Below are positions 43,680-44,935 of a stretch of DNA of 44,935 nt, piece after piece. The notes below the pieces were generated by a model, which saw only the letters and a program-made list of their open reading frames with translations, had not been told where the DNA came from and did not search any database. Both the position numbers and the translations under genes were made by a program. Location: UHGV virus genome UHGV-0175244; one strand, written 5' to 3'. The stretch is from a virus. Position 1 is the stretch's first letter, and each line of letters opens with the position of its first letter.

Positions 43680-44018
43680 CCTGAGAAGCGAGTGCTTCGC
43701 GGAGTGAAACGCGTGGAATTATACGGTCCACGTCGGTTGAGTCAATCCATTTTGCCAGGAAACTGCGGGGCTTATACGACGCTGGCGAAATATCCTCCAC
43801 CAACTGTACAAGAAGCATACCGCCGGGCCTAATGCGCGCGTAAATCGACTCAGTGGCCAGGCGCAACGCACCTATAACCATGCAATTACTATGGCCATAA
43901 CAGGCTAAATTAGCCTCAGACAAGATAAAACAGCAAACGAGGACTGACAGCGAGGCCCGCTTCTGACAAAATATCCTTATCCCCCTTTCGTAAAGATACA
44001 GATGGAATCCTCTCTCTG

Positions 44019-44885
44019 ATGGCAGCAAAAATTATTGACGGTAAAACGATTGCGCAGCAGGTACGCTCTGAGGTTGCGGAAAAAGTGAAGGCTCGCGTTG
44101 CGGCCGGAAAACGCGCCCCTGGGCTGGCCGTCGTGCTGGTCGGCAGCAACCCGGCCTCGCAGATTTATGTCGGCAGCAAGCGCAAAGCATGTGAAGAAGT
44201 GGGCTTCGTCTCCCGCTCTTACGATCTCCCGGAAACCACCAGCGAAGCCGAGCTGCTGGAGCTTATCGACACTCTGAATGCCGATAAGACCATCGACGGT
44301 ATTCTGGTTCAGCTGCCCCTGCCGGCAGGGATCGATAACGTCAAAGTTCTCGAGCGCATCGCGCCGGATAAAGACGTCGACGGCTTCCATCCTTACAACG
44401 TTGGCCGCCTGTGCCAGCGCGCGCCGCGCCTGCGTCCGTGCACTCCACGCGGTATCGTGACCTTGCTGGAACGCTACAATATCGACACCTACGGCCTCAA
44501 TGCGGTGGTCATTGGCGCCTCCAATATCGTCGGTCGCCCGATGAGCATGGAGCTGCTGCTGGCCGGCTGCACCACCACCGTCACCCACCGCTTTACAAAA
44601 AACCTGCGCCATCATGTCGAAAACGCCGACCTGCTGATCGTCGCGGTGGGCAAACCGGGCTTTATTCCTGGCGAGTGGATTAAAGAAGGGGCGATTGTGG
44701 TCGATGTCGGCATCAACCGTCTGGAAAGCGGCAAAGTGGTCGGCGACGTGGTGTATGAAGATGCCGCCGAACGCGCGTCCTACATCACCCCGGTTCCCGG
44801 CGGCGTTGGCCCGATGACCGTCGCTACCCTGATTCAGAACACGCTGCAGGCGTGCGAAGAGTATCACGACGTTGAGGAGGCCTGA
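44019..44885 (+). CDS. folD: Bifunctional methylenetetrahydrofolate dehydrogenase/cyclohydrolase FolD
   Basis: 288 aa, nearly colinear with E. coli FolD ([20 protein letters not shown]...[14 protein letters not shown]). Confidence 0.97.
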   Translation: MAAKIIDGKTIAQQVRSEVAEKVKARVAAGKRAPGLAVVLVGSNPASQIYVGSKRKACEEVGFVSRSYDLPETTSEAELLELIDTLNADKTIDGILVQLPLPAGIDNVKVLERIAPDKDVDGFHPYNVGRLCQRAPRLRPCTPRGIVTLLERYNIDTYGLNAVVIGASNIVGRPMSMELLLAGCTTTVTHRFTKNLRHHVENADLLIVAVGKPGFIPGEWIKEGAIVVDVGINRLESGKVVGDVVYEDAAERASYITPVPGGVGPMTVATLIQNTLQACEEYHDVEEA

Positions 44886-44886
44886 G

Positions 44887-44935
44887 ATGGCGACATTTTC
44901 CTTAGGTAAACACCCGCACGTTGAGCTGTGCGATC
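44887..44935 (+). CDS. ybcJ: YbcJ (S4-domain RNA-binding protein), 5' fragment truncated by the window end
   Basis: MATFSLGKHPHVELCD matches the E. coli YbcJ N-terminus as recalled. Confidence 0.7.
   Translation, partial: MATFSLGKHPHVELCD

Noticed and set aside
43977-44867. 296-aa ORF antisense to folD.
   Set aside because: It is a perfect shadow of the highly conserved folD frame in GC-rich DNA and has no independent support.
1-44935. CRISPR arrays, multi-gene defence systems with large ATPases or nucleases, retrons, and type III toxin-antitoxin repeat arrays.
   Set aside because: I saw no regularly spaced repeats, no reverse transcriptase, and no unexplained large ORFs. Every ORF over 250 aa is accounted for by phage structural, replication or integration functions or by folD.

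Overview
The window is enterobacterial chromosome carrying a ~41.8-kb temperate prophage inserted in an argU-like tRNA-Arg(UCU). folD and the start of ybcJ lie at the right edge, and a small AT-rich islet with a bacteriocin-immunity-like gene lies at the left edge. The prophage is bounded by a 46-bp direct repeat (1804-1849 = 43602-43647), which is the 3' part of the tRNA. Its modules resemble my recollection of the serotype-converting phage SfV: a lambdoid immunity region (cI / cro-YdaS / YdaT); O-like and DnaB-like replication genes; a DLP12-like nin region (ybcN-ninE-ybcO-rusA-ylcG); a Q antiterminator; a lysis cassette (holin, SAR endolysin, Rz with embedded Rz1); an HK97-type packaging and head module (HNH-terS-terL-portal-protease-capsid); a Mu-type contractile tail and baseplate; a gtrABC O-antigen glucosylation cassette next to attL; and a lambda-like gam-bet-exo module with xis-int next to attR. 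The region I cannot explain, and my best candidate for something undescribed, is the ~1 kb directly downstream of the putative pL promoter (about 36660-37700). It has almost no convincing coding capacity. It contains an rrn-type boxA-like element, two intrinsic terminators, a 10-codon mini-ORF with a strong SD, a 12-nt box repeated upstream of two start codons with complementary partners, and a three-way-junction RNA fold. One arm of that fold is a 37-nt stretch that, from memory, is identical to conserved 16S rRNA helix 11. Other notable points: a 1-nt frameshift splits the major capsid gene; the tail chaperone has a canonical -1 slippery site; 22-bp tandem repeats lie between HNH and terS; a tRNA-Gly(UCC) cassette with flanking repeats lies between Q and the holin; an orphan gene on the opposite strand is wedged just upstream of gam; candidate integrase arm sites lie on both sides of the att core. 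All functional calls rest on by-eye recognition of protein motifs and on synteny. No database search was possible.
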